The notes: generated by a model from the letters alone, not told the origin. 64,000 nt of DNA from Kiritimatiellia bacterium (GCA_040767085.1 JAXGPF010000007.1:64001-128000); one strand, 5' to 3'. Shown: positions 9,925 through 19,819, numbered from the stretch's first letter. Numbers and translations: made by a program.

Positions 9925-10998
9925 TTAATCCAACGCCCGACATGACTCTCGCACCACCAATTCGGCTGGCACAAACTCAGCCTGCCGCTCTTTCAACCCC
10001 TCCCGGCCGATCCGGACAAGCAATTGCACGGCGTGCCGGCCCAACTCTTCCAGCGGCTGGCGCACCGCCGTCAAATCCGGAATCCAGGGATGAAACGGAT
10101 GAACCACGTCATCGAATGCGAGGACGGAAACATCGTCCGGCGCCCGCAGGCCAACCTCGCGGATCAACGCCAGCACGGGCGCCACCATATTCCCCATCAG
10201 CACAAACAACGCGGTGATTTTTCGTTCCGCCAATAAATTCCGCAAACGATTCAGGTCTTCCGGACGCTCATCCGGAAATATTTCGAACAATTCCATCCCA
10301 ACCTGCCCCTGAACCTGCGCCGACCGCACGCCTGCCAGGCGTTGGCGGACAAAACCGGGCCGGCTGCCCGTGGCCACCAAGGCCAGCCGGCGATGGCCCA
10401 GTTGCATGAGATACTCCATCGCCCGGCGCGCCCATTCGGCATGATTGACTGTCACGCAATGAAAAGGGTGCTCATCCGGATGGCGGTTGATCAACACCAC
10501 CGGCACGCCGGGCTCAAGTTTGTTCAGCCGCTCAATGCGGGAAACATCGAAAGAAACTCCAATATATCCGAGCAAATCACGGGCGCGTTCCGTCAAAGCG
10601 CTCTCATTGATGAATTCCAAACGCAGTTTCATCGTCTCCGCCGCCTGCTGGATCCCGGAACAAACCGGCGCGAAAAACATACCCGATGCCTGCCCCACGG
10701 CAAAATTACAGCTGAAGCCGACAATCCTGTTGTGAAGGGCGTCAAGGCCGGCATGAATGTCCGCGACAAAGGTTCCCTTGCCTGCCCGGCGGTAAATCAA
10801 GCCGCGGCCCGCCAGTTCCCGCAAGCCGGCGCGCACCGAAACGCGGCTGATGCCATATTGGCGGCCCATAGCGTGCTCCGACGGCAGACTCTGATCGCGC
10901 ATCAAGCGTCCCTGGCTGATCGCCTCCGCCAAATCCTCCACCAGGGGCGCGTAAATTTTGTTTTTCAACTTCCCCATATCGGTCAATCCATGCATCAC
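9925..10998 (-). CDS. GntR-HTH / LacI-type sensor transcriptional regulator (AraR-like)
   Basis: LPSE..MGRQYGISRVSVRAGLREL...IYRRAGKGTFV, followed by a periplasmic-binding-fold domain (PDDVSVLAFDD, LTAVRQP, ELVVRES). Confidence 0.9.
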   Translation of the reverse strand: MMHGLTDMGKLKNKIYAPLVEDLAEAISQGRLMRDQSLPSEHAMGRQYGISRVSVRAGLRELAGRGLIYRRAGKGTFVADIHAGLDALHNRIVGFSCNFAVGQASGMFFAPVCSGIQQAAETMKLRLEFINESALTERARDLLGYIGVSFDVSRIERLNKLEPGVPVVLINRHPDEHPFHCVTVNHAEWARRAMEYLMQLGHRRLALVATGSRPGFVRQRLAGVRSAQVQGQVGMELFEIFPDERPEDLNRLRNLLAERKITALFVLMGNMVAPVLALIREVGLRAPDDVSVLAFDDVVHPFHPWIPDLTAVRQPLEELGRHAVQLLVRIGREGLKERQAEFVPAELVVRESCRALD

Positions 10999-11004
10999 AA
11001 AACT

Positions 11005-11487
11005 TCAGCCGCCATCAGCGCCGAACTTCAGCGCCAGGCGCAGCATGTCGCGGAGCTGGGTGCCGTTTTCAAATATCGGCTCTTTGTAGTTTCTGGTGAA
11101 AAAATCACGATCAATGCAGTCCACCCGAAAACCATGGCGCTGATAGAATGCAAGTTGATAGCCAAACGATCCAGTGCCCACCTCCAGCCGGCGCGCGCCG
11201 GCTTTCCGGAAGAAACCGATCACCCACTCCAGGAGCGCGCCGCCATGGCCGCATTTTTGATGGTCCGGATGCACGGCAATGCTCATAAGTTCATATACCC
11301 CCGCCTCAAGCGGAAGCACTGCGCACGCGCCGACAACCACCCCTTTGCTTTGCGCGACAAAACATCTTGAGCGGGGCAGATAGGAACGAACTTTATCCTC
11401 CGAGGGATCGGCGATCAGCAACAATTCCATGGGCGCATCCGCCGCCGGAACCTCCCGGATCAACAGCGACGCAGCATTACGCGGCAT
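11005..11487 (-). CDS. GNAT N-acetyltransferase
   Basis: IAVHPDHQKCGHGGALL acetyl-CoA motif; LAFYQRHGF. Confidence 0.9.
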   Translation of the reverse strand: MPRNAASLLIREVPAADAPMELLLIADPSEDKVRSYLPRSRCFVAQSKGVVVGACAVLPLEAGVYELMSIAVHPDHQKCGHGGALLEWVIGFFRKAGARRLEVGTGSFGYQLAFYQRHGFRVDCIDRDFFTRNYKEPIFENGTQLRDMLRLALKFGADGG

Positions 11488-11720
11488 GACATATATCTTT
11501 TAATTTACAGGAATATTTTGGACCGCCCAAACGCGAAATGGCGCCAATTTATGCTGGACGAACAATACATATATCTACTACATGTATTGTTTAATCAAAT
11601 TAATCAAAATTGTCAACATTTTTAAATTAATTGTGTCGTAAACAAATGACTTGGCCGCATAATTAACAAATGATTTGTCCGCTTAAAGCTGTCAGGATGG
11701 TGCATTCAAAGGGGGGTTAT

Positions 11721-12905
11721 ATGGATGAATATCCGAAGGCAGCACTGGAGCGGGCAATGAAGGTACAGGAAGTGATCTTGCGTGCGATTGAAGGGCGGTT
11801 AATGTGGTGGGAGGCGGCGGAGATACTAGGTGTGAGCTACCGGACCATGCGGCGCTGGAAAGGGCGCTACGAGCGGTATGGTTACGACGGGCTGCTGGAT
11901 CGTCGGCGGAAGATACCGGGGCCGCGGCGCGTGCCCCTTGCGACGGTGAAGCAGGTGCTGAGGTTGTACCGAGAAGAATACATGGATTTCAATGTGAGGC
12001 ATTTTCACGAGAAGCTGCAGGCGGAGCATGGGATCGAGCTCAGTTATCAGTGGGTCAAGAGCGCCTTGCAGACGGCCGGGTTGGTGGCGAAGGCCCGGAA
12101 ACGAGGGCCGCATCGGCAGCAGCGGGAACGGCGACCAATGGCGGGGATGATGTTGATGGTGGATGGCAGCACCCATGCCTGGTTGCCCCTGCTGGCGGGC
12201 CAGAAGCAGGATCTGATCCTGGTGATGGACGATGCCACCAGCGAAGTCTACACGGCCTATCTTGTGCCCCAGGAAGGGACATTAACGGTGATGAAGGGGT
12301 TGAAAGAAGTCATTATTAAACATGGGGTTTTCTGCAGTCTGTACACGGATCGTGGCAGTCATTTCTTTTATACGCCCAAAGAAGGCGGGGCGGTGGACCG
12401 GCGTCAATTGACGCAAATTGGACGGGCGTTGCAACAGTTGGGGATCGAACATATTCCGAGCTATAGCCCCCAGGGACGTGGGCGAATAGAGCGGATGTTT
12501 AAGACCTGGCAAGGGCGCCTGCCGCAGGAATTAAGGCAGGCGGGAATCCGGACGATGGCCGAGGCCAACGTCTATATTCAACAACAGTTTCTGCCTTCCT
12601 TCAATCGCAACATGAAGGTGAAGGCGCGGGAAACAGGAACGTGTTTCGTGCCTTGCGGTGAGCAGGATTTGGACAGCATTTTCTGTGTGCAGCATGCGCG
12701 AGAGGTTCAAAATGACAATACCGTGGCTGTCGGGAGTCGCCGCTTGCAGATTGGACCATCAAAATGGCGTTTCAGCTTCGCCAAGTGCCGGGTTAAAGTC
12801 TGCGAGCACCTCGATGGCACGGTGTCCATCCGTTATGGCCCGCATGTGGTTGGCCGCTACCAAGGACCGTTGAACATTTCGGCGTCGCTGGAGGACGTCG
12901 CATAA
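11721..12905 (+). CDS. DDE transposase (ISNCY/IS1202, IS481-like)
   Basis: N-terminal HTH; DGSTHAW, DDAT, YTDRGS, SPQGRGRIERMFKTWQGRL. Confidence 0.93.
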   Translation: MDEYPKAALERAMKVQEVILRAIEGRLMWWEAAEILGVSYRTMRRWKGRYERYGYDGLLDRRRKIPGPRRVPLATVKQVLRLYREEYMDFNVRHFHEKLQAEHGIELSYQWVKSALQTAGLVAKARKRGPHRQQRERRPMAGMMLMVDGSTHAWLPLLAGQKQDLILVMDDATSEVYTAYLVPQEGTLTVMKGLKEVIIKHGVFCSLYTDRGSHFFYTPKEGGAVDRRQLTQIGRALQQLGIEHIPSYSPQGRGRIERMFKTWQGRLPQELRQAGIRTMAEANVYIQQQFLPSFNRNMKVKARETGTCFVPCGEQDLDSIFCVQHAREVQNDNTVAVGSRRLQIGPSKWRFSFAKCRVKVCEHLDGTVSIRYGPHVVGRYQGPLNISASLEDVA

Positions 12906-12908
12906 ACT

Positions 12909-12934
12909 TTTTCCTCCCCCGCGGGGGAGGAAAA
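12909..12934. terminator. Perfect 26-bp palindrome just after the transposase stop (terminator-like)
   Basis: TTTTCCTCCCCCGCGGGGGAGGAAAA is its own reverse complement; an imperfect version is present in the second IS copy. Confidence 0.6.
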
Positions 12935-13110
12935 TCCTCACCCCAGGAGCAACAACACACAATAACAAATCGGACAGATCACTTGTTACAAAAAGCGGAC
13001 ACTTGACTTGTTACGAACACATTTTTAAATTAATTTGTCATGACAGTTTAATCCGTTGACTTACAACGCGCATGGGATACATTACATAAATCAAGGGAGG
13101 TTATTCATCC

Positions 13111-14040
13111 ATGGGAATTTTGTTCACCCGGAAGTTTTGCATGCTGGCGGTCTTGACGGCCCTGTCTGCCGCTCCCGCACGAGCTGACCATGCAACCGCG
13201 ATTCCAGAGGAAACGCAAGCGCCCGATTTTTTGTGCGAAGTCATCCGCCACCTTTACCGATGGTACCTGGACGAACATGACATTGAAAAAATCGCCCCGG
13301 ACGCGGGGATCGCCATCCGGCTGCGCAATATCACCCCGCCCGACCTCGATCCTGGCGATCGCAGCCGCATCATTGAAATGGAGTTGCCCGCGCTGGCACT
13401 GCATGTCACCTTGAAAAAAACGGACTACCGGATTCCCGAACTGAACTTGGAAGTCAAAAGTAAAACTTTTAAAATCATTGACGTCGCGCGCGACAAACAT
13501 GGCGCGCCGGCGCCCGGCGATGCGCTGGAAATTAAACTGCCGGTGCAACAAATCAAGAACTTCGTGTTCCGCACCCGGTCGCAACGGGACCCGCTCACCC
13601 CCGCATTGGGCCGGCATGTCCACGACGCCATCCGCCGGGAGATTGCGGACGAAGACGCCTCCCTGACCAACGACATGCATGAAGCGCACATCGCGCCGTT
13701 AAGCCCGGTGGCCAACGAACTGTGGATTTTCTGGGAGACGGGCCGGCGCCTGATCCGGGTGACCTCCGACCTGGAGATCGCCGACCCGGCCATGTGGCAA
13801 CATGAACATCTTGCCGTGCGTCTTTACGATATTGACCGCCAGACCGTAGTCTCGCTGGAGGAGACGCCCGGCAGCAATGCCTATCTGACGCGCGACCAGG
13901 TCGGCCGCGCCTTGTTCAACTGCATGGTGCTCGGCGAATACCGTGAAATCAATATCGGCCTCAGCGCGGCCCCCGCCCCGCCCGGAGGCGGCGGGCCGGG
14001 GAATGGCAGCGCCGCGGAAACAATCCGGCAAACAAATTAA
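13111..14040 (+). CDS. Secreted hypothetical protein
   Basis: GGAGG RBS, signal peptide ending APARA, host-like codon usage; no motif recognised. Confidence 0.8.
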   Translation: MGILFTRKFCMLAVLTALSAAPARADHATAIPEETQAPDFLCEVIRHLYRWYLDEHDIEKIAPDAGIAIRLRNITPPDLDPGDRSRIIEMELPALALHVTLKKTDYRIPELNLEVKSKTFKIIDVARDKHGAPAPGDALEIKLPVQQIKNFVFRTRSQRDPLTPALGRHVHDAIRREIADEDASLTNDMHEAHIAPLSPVANELWIFWETGRRLIRVTSDLEIADPAMWQHEHLAVRLYDIDRQTVVSLEETPGSNAYLTRDQVGRALFNCMVLGEYREINIGLSAAPAPPGGGGPGNGSAAETIRQTN

Positions 14041-14074
14041 TCCGGGGCGTGATGTCCGGCGCCCGTTTGCCAGG

Positions 14075-14440
14075 TGTACGACAAATTTGTTGGTGATTTG
14101 TATAAACTTTAATATCACGGCGGATTTCAGTGTGATTTATGAGTCCGCTATAGATACAACCATGTAAATTCCGATAATTTCGGCCAAGTTATACCATCCT
14201 GGCCGGAATTGGGCGACCGCGTTGCGAATTCCGCTCCCCGAGCTTGCCGAGGGGTTCGAAAAGACAAGGCAAGTTTGGGGTGGATGCGTGGGCGCAGGTG
14301 GTGACGCTAATCTCAAGATTGCGTCAGCGCCTGCAACCACGCCCGCAGGGTCCGCGCAGCGGACAGACGCCCCAAAATCGCCGCCGTACTTTTCGAACGG
14401 AATTCGCAATGCATCCCTACACCAACAAATTTGTCTTACA
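14075..14440. mobile_element. MITE-like element: 21-bp terminal inverted repeats enclosing a ~190-nt hairpin
   Basis: TGTACGACAAATTTGTTGGTG (14075-14095) vs CACCAACAAATTTGTCTTACA (14420-14440), one mismatch; internal nested stems at 14222-14409. Confidence 0.55.
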
Positions 14441-14562
14441 TCCGTTTACTGCAGCAGTGGATTTCCCGCTCGACCCGCGCCGACGGCTTTGCTAGCATGG
14501 CCAGCGTCTGAATTGACACAGGCCGCCATCCGCGGCCTGCCCGCTTGCACAAGGGGAAGCAT

Positions 14563-15267
14563 ATGAACACACTGATCGCGCTGATCGCCGGATTCTTCAT
14601 CGCTGTGTTGCTGTTCAGCGGCCTGCGCCTGTTGCGCGGGCGCCGCGGCGGCGCCGGCGGCCGCCAGACCGCGGTGGATTCCAGCATTGAAAAGCTCAAA
14701 GCCATCGGCGAACTCTCGGTTTTCAAGGCGTTAACCAAGGAAATCGTCACCGAGGTGGACCACAGTTGGGGCGAATTCGGCCGCAAATACTTGAGCTGGA
14801 TTCTCTCCAACAAGAAAATGGCGATGATCTTCGCCTTTGAAATCGATTTCCGCTACGACTTGCGCAGCCCGGATTTCCAGGTTGAAATTAAGGGCGGGGA
14901 GTGCGTTTTCAAGATGCCGCCGTGCCGGCATGAGATCAACATCCGCGACATCCAGTTTTACGATGAGCAGAAAAGCCGGCTGGTTCCCTGGCTCCTGCCC
15001 GACCTGCTGAACACCCTGTTCACCGACGGCTTCACCGAGCAGGACCGCAACCGCCTCAAGGATGCCGCGCGGAACAACGCCCGGCGTCAAGCCGCCTTGC
15101 TGATCGGCCAACTCGGCTCGGAAGTGGAGCATTCCGCCCAGCAAACCCTGGGGTCTCTGGCCAGGGCTTTCGGCCTGGCCCAGACCTCCTTCGTGTTTCC
15201 CCGGCAGGATGCCGCGGCAGACCTGCCGGTTACGTACGATCCGCCTGCCGCGCGCACACCCGCCTGA
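14563..15267 (+). CDS. DUF4230-like membrane-anchored protein
   Basis: N-terminal TM helix, then IEKLKAIGELS and IDFRYDL pattern. Confidence 0.65.
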   Translation: MNTLIALIAGFFIAVLLFSGLRLLRGRRGGAGGRQTAVDSSIEKLKAIGELSVFKALTKEIVTEVDHSWGEFGRKYLSWILSNKKMAMIFAFEIDFRYDLRSPDFQVEIKGGECVFKMPPCRHEINIRDIQFYDEQKSRLVPWLLPDLLNTLFTDGFTEQDRNRLKDAARNNARRQAALLIGQLGSEVEHSAQQTLGSLARAFGLAQTSFVFPRQDAAADLPVTYDPPAARTPA

Positions 15268-15330
15268 TCCTGGATTCCTCAGGGCGGGCTTTTGGCCGTC
15301 ATCTTCCGCAAATATTTCAGTATCCGAAGC

Positions 15331-16290
15331 ATGCCCTCGAGACCAAAACCTTTAAAATCCGACGCGCCACTCCAACTGATCCTGGCGGCGCCGCGGGGAC
15401 TATGCGCCGGCGTGAAACGGGCTATCGAAACCGCCGAGGCCGCCTTGCGCAAATTCGGCCGCCCGATTTACTGCCTGAACGAAATTGTCCACAACCGGCA
15501 GGTGGTTGACCAATTGGCAAGCCAAGGGGTGATCTTTGTCCGCCGCCTGGAAGACGTCCCCGATGGCAGCGTGCTGCTTTTCAGCGCCCATGGCGTCCCA
15601 CCGGCCGCCCGCACGGCAGCGCAGCGCAAGAATTTGAATGTGATTGACGCCACCTGCCCGTTTGTCGCCAAGGCCCACCAGGCCATCCGCGCCTACGCCG
15701 CCCAGGGCTTCACCATTTTCCTGATCGGCAAGCATGGTCATGAGGAAGTGGTTGGCATCGCGGGGGAAGCGCCCGATCATGTGCAAGTGATTGAAACAGA
15801 AGATGAAGCCCGTGCGGCCGCCGCGCCGGACCCGCGCCGCACGGCCGTGCTGACCCAGACCACTTTAAGCTGGTCCGAAACACAAGCCATCAGCGAAATC
15901 CTCCAGCGGCGTTTCCCGGGCCTCCAAACTCCCGGCGGCGGCATCTGCTACGCTACGCGCCACCGCCAGCAGGCCGTGCAAGCCGTCGCCCGCCAGGCCC
16001 AGGCGGTGTTCGTCCTGGGATCGCCCAACAGTTCTAATTCGCGCCGCCTGGTCGAAGTCGCGCGCGCGGAAGGCGTGCGCGCCGAACTCATTCCCGACCT
16101 GTCCACCCTTGAAAAACTGATCCACCCCGGCATAACACGCTTGGGCCTGACGGCTGGCGCCTCGGTGCCGGAACATTTTATCAAGCAAGCCGTGTCCCTG
16201 CTGCAAAAACATGGATATGCCGTGACTCAGGAAATCGGCGCCGGCCGGGAAAACGTCTGTTTCCCGTTGCCTGATGAAATCCGGCATTGA
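15331..16290 (+). CDS. ispH: 4-hydroxy-3-methylbut-2-enyl diphosphate reductase
   Basis: PRGLCAGV, EIVHN, SAHG, DATCP, ICYAT, SSNS, TAGAS motifs. Confidence 0.96.
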   Translation: MPSRPKPLKSDAPLQLILAAPRGLCAGVKRAIETAEAALRKFGRPIYCLNEIVHNRQVVDQLASQGVIFVRRLEDVPDGSVLLFSAHGVPPAARTAAQRKNLNVIDATCPFVAKAHQAIRAYAAQGFTIFLIGKHGHEEVVGIAGEAPDHVQVIETEDEARAAAAPDPRRTAVLTQTTLSWSETQAISEILQRRFPGLQTPGGGICYATRHRQQAVQAVARQAQAVFVLGSPNSSNSRRLVEVARAEGVRAELIPDLSTLEKLIHPGITRLGLTAGASVPEHFIKQAVSLLQKHGYAVTQEIGAGRENVCFPLPDEIRH

Positions 16291-16360
16291 TTTCCGCGTT
16301 GGATTTGCGACAATAGGATATGCCCACCGCTGTGCGGATAACTGGAAAGGTGTAGGCCGT

Positions 16361-17158
16361 ATGTATCTCGAATACTGGGGTTTTCAATGCATGCCGTTTG
16401 ATAATGCCCCCGACCACCGCTTCTTCTTCGAATCCGAGGGGCACAAGGAAGCCGTCACGCGCCTGCTGTTTGCCATCCAGTCCAAAAAAGCCATCGCCCT
16501 GCTGACGGGGGATTACGGCAGCGGCAAGACCGTCGTCTGCGAGACCGTCATCAACCAGCTGACCCCTGAAAAATATAAAATCGCCTTGATCACCAATCCC
16601 CGGCTGGACGCCCTGGACTTGGCGCGGGAAATCACCTTTAAGCTGGGCGAAGAAGTTTCCACCCGCTCCATGTACGACACCCTGCACGTTTTGAATAATC
16701 TGCTGGACCGCCACGCCGCCACCGGCAAGCATTGTGTCGTTATGATTGACGAAGCGCAACTGATTCTGAATACCAGCGTGCTGGAAGACATCCGCCTCTT
16801 ATTGAACCATCACCGCGCCGGCGGCTTCCTGCTGACGCTGGTCCTGGTCGGGCAGACGGAATTCGGCGACATGCTGAAATCCATCCCGCAAATGGTGCAA
16901 CGGATTGCCTTGAAATATCACATCAAGCACCTTCAGCCGGCCGAGTTGCAGCCCTACATCCTGTCGCGCATCAAATTAGCCGGCGGTAGCGATGACCTTT
17001 TTGACCAGACTGCTTTCGATGAAATTGCGCGTTACAGCAAGTGCAATCCGCGCGAAATCAACGCCATCTGCGATCTGGCGCTTCTGATCGGCTGTCTGAC
17101 GGAAGCCCGCCGGATTACGGCCAAGGAAATTTTAGAAGCCATCAGCGAGCGCCAATGA
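16361..17158 (+). CDS. ExeA/GspA-like AAA ATPase
   Basis: MYLEYWGF...PF...PD N-terminus, Walker A GDYGSGKT, IDEAQ, LVGQTE, PREINAICD. Confidence 0.9.
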   Translation: MYLEYWGFQCMPFDNAPDHRFFFESEGHKEAVTRLLFAIQSKKAIALLTGDYGSGKTVVCETVINQLTPEKYKIALITNPRLDALDLAREITFKLGEEVSTRSMYDTLHVLNNLLDRHAATGKHCVVMIDEAQLILNTSVLEDIRLLLNHHRAGGFLLTLVLVGQTEFGDMLKSIPQMVQRIALKYHIKHLQPAELQPYILSRIKLAGGSDDLFDQTAFDEIARYSKCNPREINAICDLALLIGCLTEARRITAKEILEAISERQ

Positions 17159-17240
17159 GCCGGACTGATCAGCAGCACGGCAGATTTGGGGATGATGCCG
17201 GACCGCGCAAGTTCAGACCGGCGAAAGGCACAGGAGCAGC

Positions 17241-17618
17241 ATGCACCAGGACAAGCGTATTTTACTGATCGAAGACGACGAGATCGTCCAGAAACTGATT
17301 GCCAAACTGTGCGCGCGCCATGGCATTCAAGTCGTCGTGGCCGACACCCAGGCCGCGATCAGCCAGGCCTTGAGCGCAGTGGCGCAATTCGACTTGTTTT
17401 TCGTGGACCTGATTTTACCCGAAATCACCGGGTGGGAGGCCATGGACCTGATTAAAAAAAACCCTGGCAGCCGGAACAAACCGCTGATCGTGCTGACCGG
17501 GGCGGTTTTATCCAAGCGCGAAAAAGAAAAGATATTGCAGCAAGCCGCGGCGATTGTTGAAAAAAAGTTTTTTACCTTGAAATTATTCGACGATATCCTG
17601 CATAAATATCTCGCTTGA
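17241..17618 (+). CDS. Single-domain response regulator (CheY-like)
   Basis: ILLIEDD, FVDLILPEITG, VLTG. Confidence 0.9.
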   Translation: MHQDKRILLIEDDEIVQKLIAKLCARHGIQVVVADTQAAISQALSAVAQFDLFFVDLILPEITGWEAMDLIKKNPGSRNKPLIVLTGAVLSKREKEKILQQAAAIVEKKFFTLKLFDDILHKYLA

Positions 17619-18877
17619 TTTCCAGCCGGGCGGCGGCCGGGAGATTCCCTGCCGCCGGCCGGCCCGCACAGGATGGGCAGGCCGTGAAACTTTCGGAACT
17701 AATGAGCAAAAAGACGCCCGGCCCCGGGCAACCGCCGCCGGCAACGACCCCCCGCGAAAACCGGGCGTCTCCGCCTGCGCGGAAAGCGCCGGTAAGCCCG
17801 CGCGCCAAAGATGCCTGCCCGGCGCCCACGCCATCGGACGATGCCGATATCTCCACCGCGCCTGTTTTGGAGACGCCTGCCGACATCGCCGCCGTCATGC
17901 GTGACGAAACCCTCTATGACTGCCGGCCGCAGGAAATGTACAAACTGGCCGAACGCATGGGGATTGACATCACCTTGAACAAGCACACCTCCCTGAAAAA
18001 AGCCGCAGCCTGCCTTGGCACGGTGTTTCGCGTCATCGGCAATGATTTGACGGATAAATGCATGTTATGGTCCATGACCAAAAGCATTGCCGGCGACCTG
18101 GAAGACTTGATCGGCGCGGCCGACAACGTGGTCACCGAATTGCCGCGGCCCAAGTTCGCCCCAGACCGCCTGATCTGGCACAGCATTTACACCTCGATTC
18201 TGACCATGGCCCTGGCGCGGGACACGCCGGACTTGCCGTGTTCCATCCAGGAAATCGGCGCGGCGGCGCTGCTGCACGACACCGGTAAACTGGTGCTGCC
18301 GGAGTTCTTCAACAGCGTCAACCAGGAAAACAGCCCGGTTTACCAGGAACATGTCATCCGGAGCGTGGAACTGGCCCGGGAAATCGAGGCGCCGGATATC
18401 GTGATTACCGCCATCGCCCAGCATCACGAGCAACTGGACGGCAAGGGATTCCCCAACCACATAACCGGCGCCGAAATGCTTTTGACCAGCCAGATGGTCG
18501 CCATCGCCAATATTTTCGAGCAGGCTCAAATCAGCCATCTGGTTCCCACGGGCGAAGTGGCTTCGCCCATCCCGGTCGACATTCCGATGCTGTTTAAAAA
18601 ATGCCACGGCGCCTTCGACGACGCGCTTTTGGAAAAGATGATCGGCATGATCGGATTTTATCCTGCCGGCTCGATTGTGGAGCTAAGCGACCGGTCGGTC
18701 TGCAAGGTTATCCGGCAGAACACCGATTATCCGCTCCACCCGGTGGTCCAGGTAATCATGGATGGCGAAGGCAATCACCCGGCCCAGGCACAGGTCATTG
18801 ATTTGCGCCAGGCTGCCATGTTATCCATCACCAAGTCCATCAGCCGCGCCGCCGGGCAACCGCCCGCGACACAGTAA
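17615..18877 (+). CDS. HD-GYP-type domain protein
   Basis: LLHDTGK, HHEQLDGKGFP, C-terminal FYPAGSIVELSD. Start uncertain (17615 or 17702). Confidence 0.85.
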   Translation: MISSRAAAGRFPAAGRPAQDGQAVKLSELMSKKTPGPGQPPPATTPRENRASPPARKAPVSPRAKDACPAPTPSDDADISTAPVLETPADIAAVMRDETLYDCRPQEMYKLAERMGIDITLNKHTSLKKAAACLGTVFRVIGNDLTDKCMLWSMTKSIAGDLEDLIGAADNVVTELPRPKFAPDRLIWHSIYTSILTMALARDTPDLPCSIQEIGAAALLHDTGKLVLPEFFNSVNQENSPVYQEHVIRSVELAREIEAPDIVITAIAQHHEQLDGKGFPNHITGAEMLLTSQMVAIANIFEQAQISHLVPTGEVASPIPVDIPMLFKKCHGAFDDALLEKMIGMIGFYPAGSIVELSDRSVCKVIRQNTDYPLHPVVQVIMDGEGNHPAQAQVIDLRQAAMLSITKSISRAAGQPPATQ

Positions 18878-18996
18878 TTGTGCGGAAGTCAATCATTGCA
18901 TGGTTTCCCCGGCCTGGCGTCACCATTTACAGCCGCGCCCATGCCCGTTGAAATTCTTTGTGTTCTTTGCGCTCTTTTGCGGTTAATTTGCTGAAT

Positions 18997-19800
18997 CTAA
19001 TCCGTAATAAGACCGCCCAGAAAACGGCGGATATTTCCTCGCAACGCCTCCGCTAATGTTCCGTCCGGCACACCGCGCAACTCCGCTGCCGCATGGAACA
19101 CTATGCCCAGATTGGCGGGCTCGTTCCATTCGCCCGCCGCGCCGGCCGGCAGGAGGTCGGGCGAGTCGGTTTCCAGCAGCAGCCGGTCCGCGGGCATCGC
19201 CAGCAAGGCCCGGCGGGCGCGTTGATGATGCGGGAAGGTGATGTTGCCGGCGAAGGAAACATACGCCCCCAGTTCCAACAGTTCCTCCAGCACTTCCAGG
19301 GAACCCGACCAGGCATGCACCATCAGACCGGCCGGCGGCAGGCCATCCCGGCGCAAAATTTCCAGGAGCCGTCCCCAGGCCCGGCGGCAATGGATCGTCA
19401 CCGGGCGCCGCATCCGGCGCGCCAGTTCCAACTGGCCGACAAATATCTTTCCCTGCTCCAGGTCATCCCGGCCGGCAACCAGGCGGTCAAGCCCGATTTC
19501 GCCGATGCCGGCCGGCTGGCGGCTTAACTGATCTTCCAAAACACGCAGCCAATCCTGCGAATGTCCGGCAATATGGCAGGGATGCAGGCCGAATGAAGGG
19601 AAGATCCTGAGGGCCGGGCGCTGGGCCGCGTCGGCTTCCTGGCCGCGCGCCAGCTCCGCCACAAGCGGCCAGTCCTGTTCGGTGCAACCGCAGCACTGTA
19701 CGCCCGCCACCCCGGCGGCGGCGGCCCGCCGCAAGACCGCCGGCCAATCAGCCAGCAGCCGCGCATCCTGCAAATGGCAATGGGCATCGAATAGTTGCAT
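18997..19800 (-). CDS. tatD: TatD-family deoxyribonuclease
   Basis: FDAHCHL, GLHP, IGEIGLD, IHCR, LLLETDSP, NEPAN. Confidence 0.92.
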   Translation of the reverse strand: MQLFDAHCHLQDARLLADWPAVLRRAAAAGVAGVQCCGCTEQDWPLVAELARGQEADAAQRPALRIFPSFGLHPCHIAGHSQDWLRVLEDQLSRQPAGIGEIGLDRLVAGRDDLEQGKIFVGQLELARRMRRPVTIHCRRAWGRLLEILRRDGLPPAGLMVHAWSGSLEVLEELLELGAYVSFAGNITFPHHQRARRALLAMPADRLLLETDSPDLLPAGAAGEWNEPANLGIVFHAAAELRGVPDGTLAEALRGNIRRFLGGLITD

Positions 19801-19819
19801 GGCACTAAGAATGGTGGTC

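Larger units (their letters stand above)
11634..13019 (+). mobile_element. IS1202-family (ISNCY) insertion sequence, intact copy
   Basis: Ends TGTCGTAAACAA...TTGTTACGAACA with 18-bp subterminal repeats (AACAAATGACTTGGCCGC, AACAAATGATTTGTCCGC). Flanking direct repeat CATTTTTAAATTAATT at 11617-11632 and 13020-13035 (the 17th base mismatches). Confidence 0.92.

Noticed and set aside
11590-11640. dif/Xer site next to the IS, as in the Xer-targeting IS1202 subgroup
   Set aside because: No XerC/XerD-box match was recognised at either insertion, and the DR is ~16-17 bp rather than 5-6 bp.
14200-14450. tRNA, tmRNA or RNase P RNA
   Set aside because: No cloverleaf or T-loop/CCA, no tmRNA ends and no RNase P conserved motifs were seen; kept only as an unassigned structured element.
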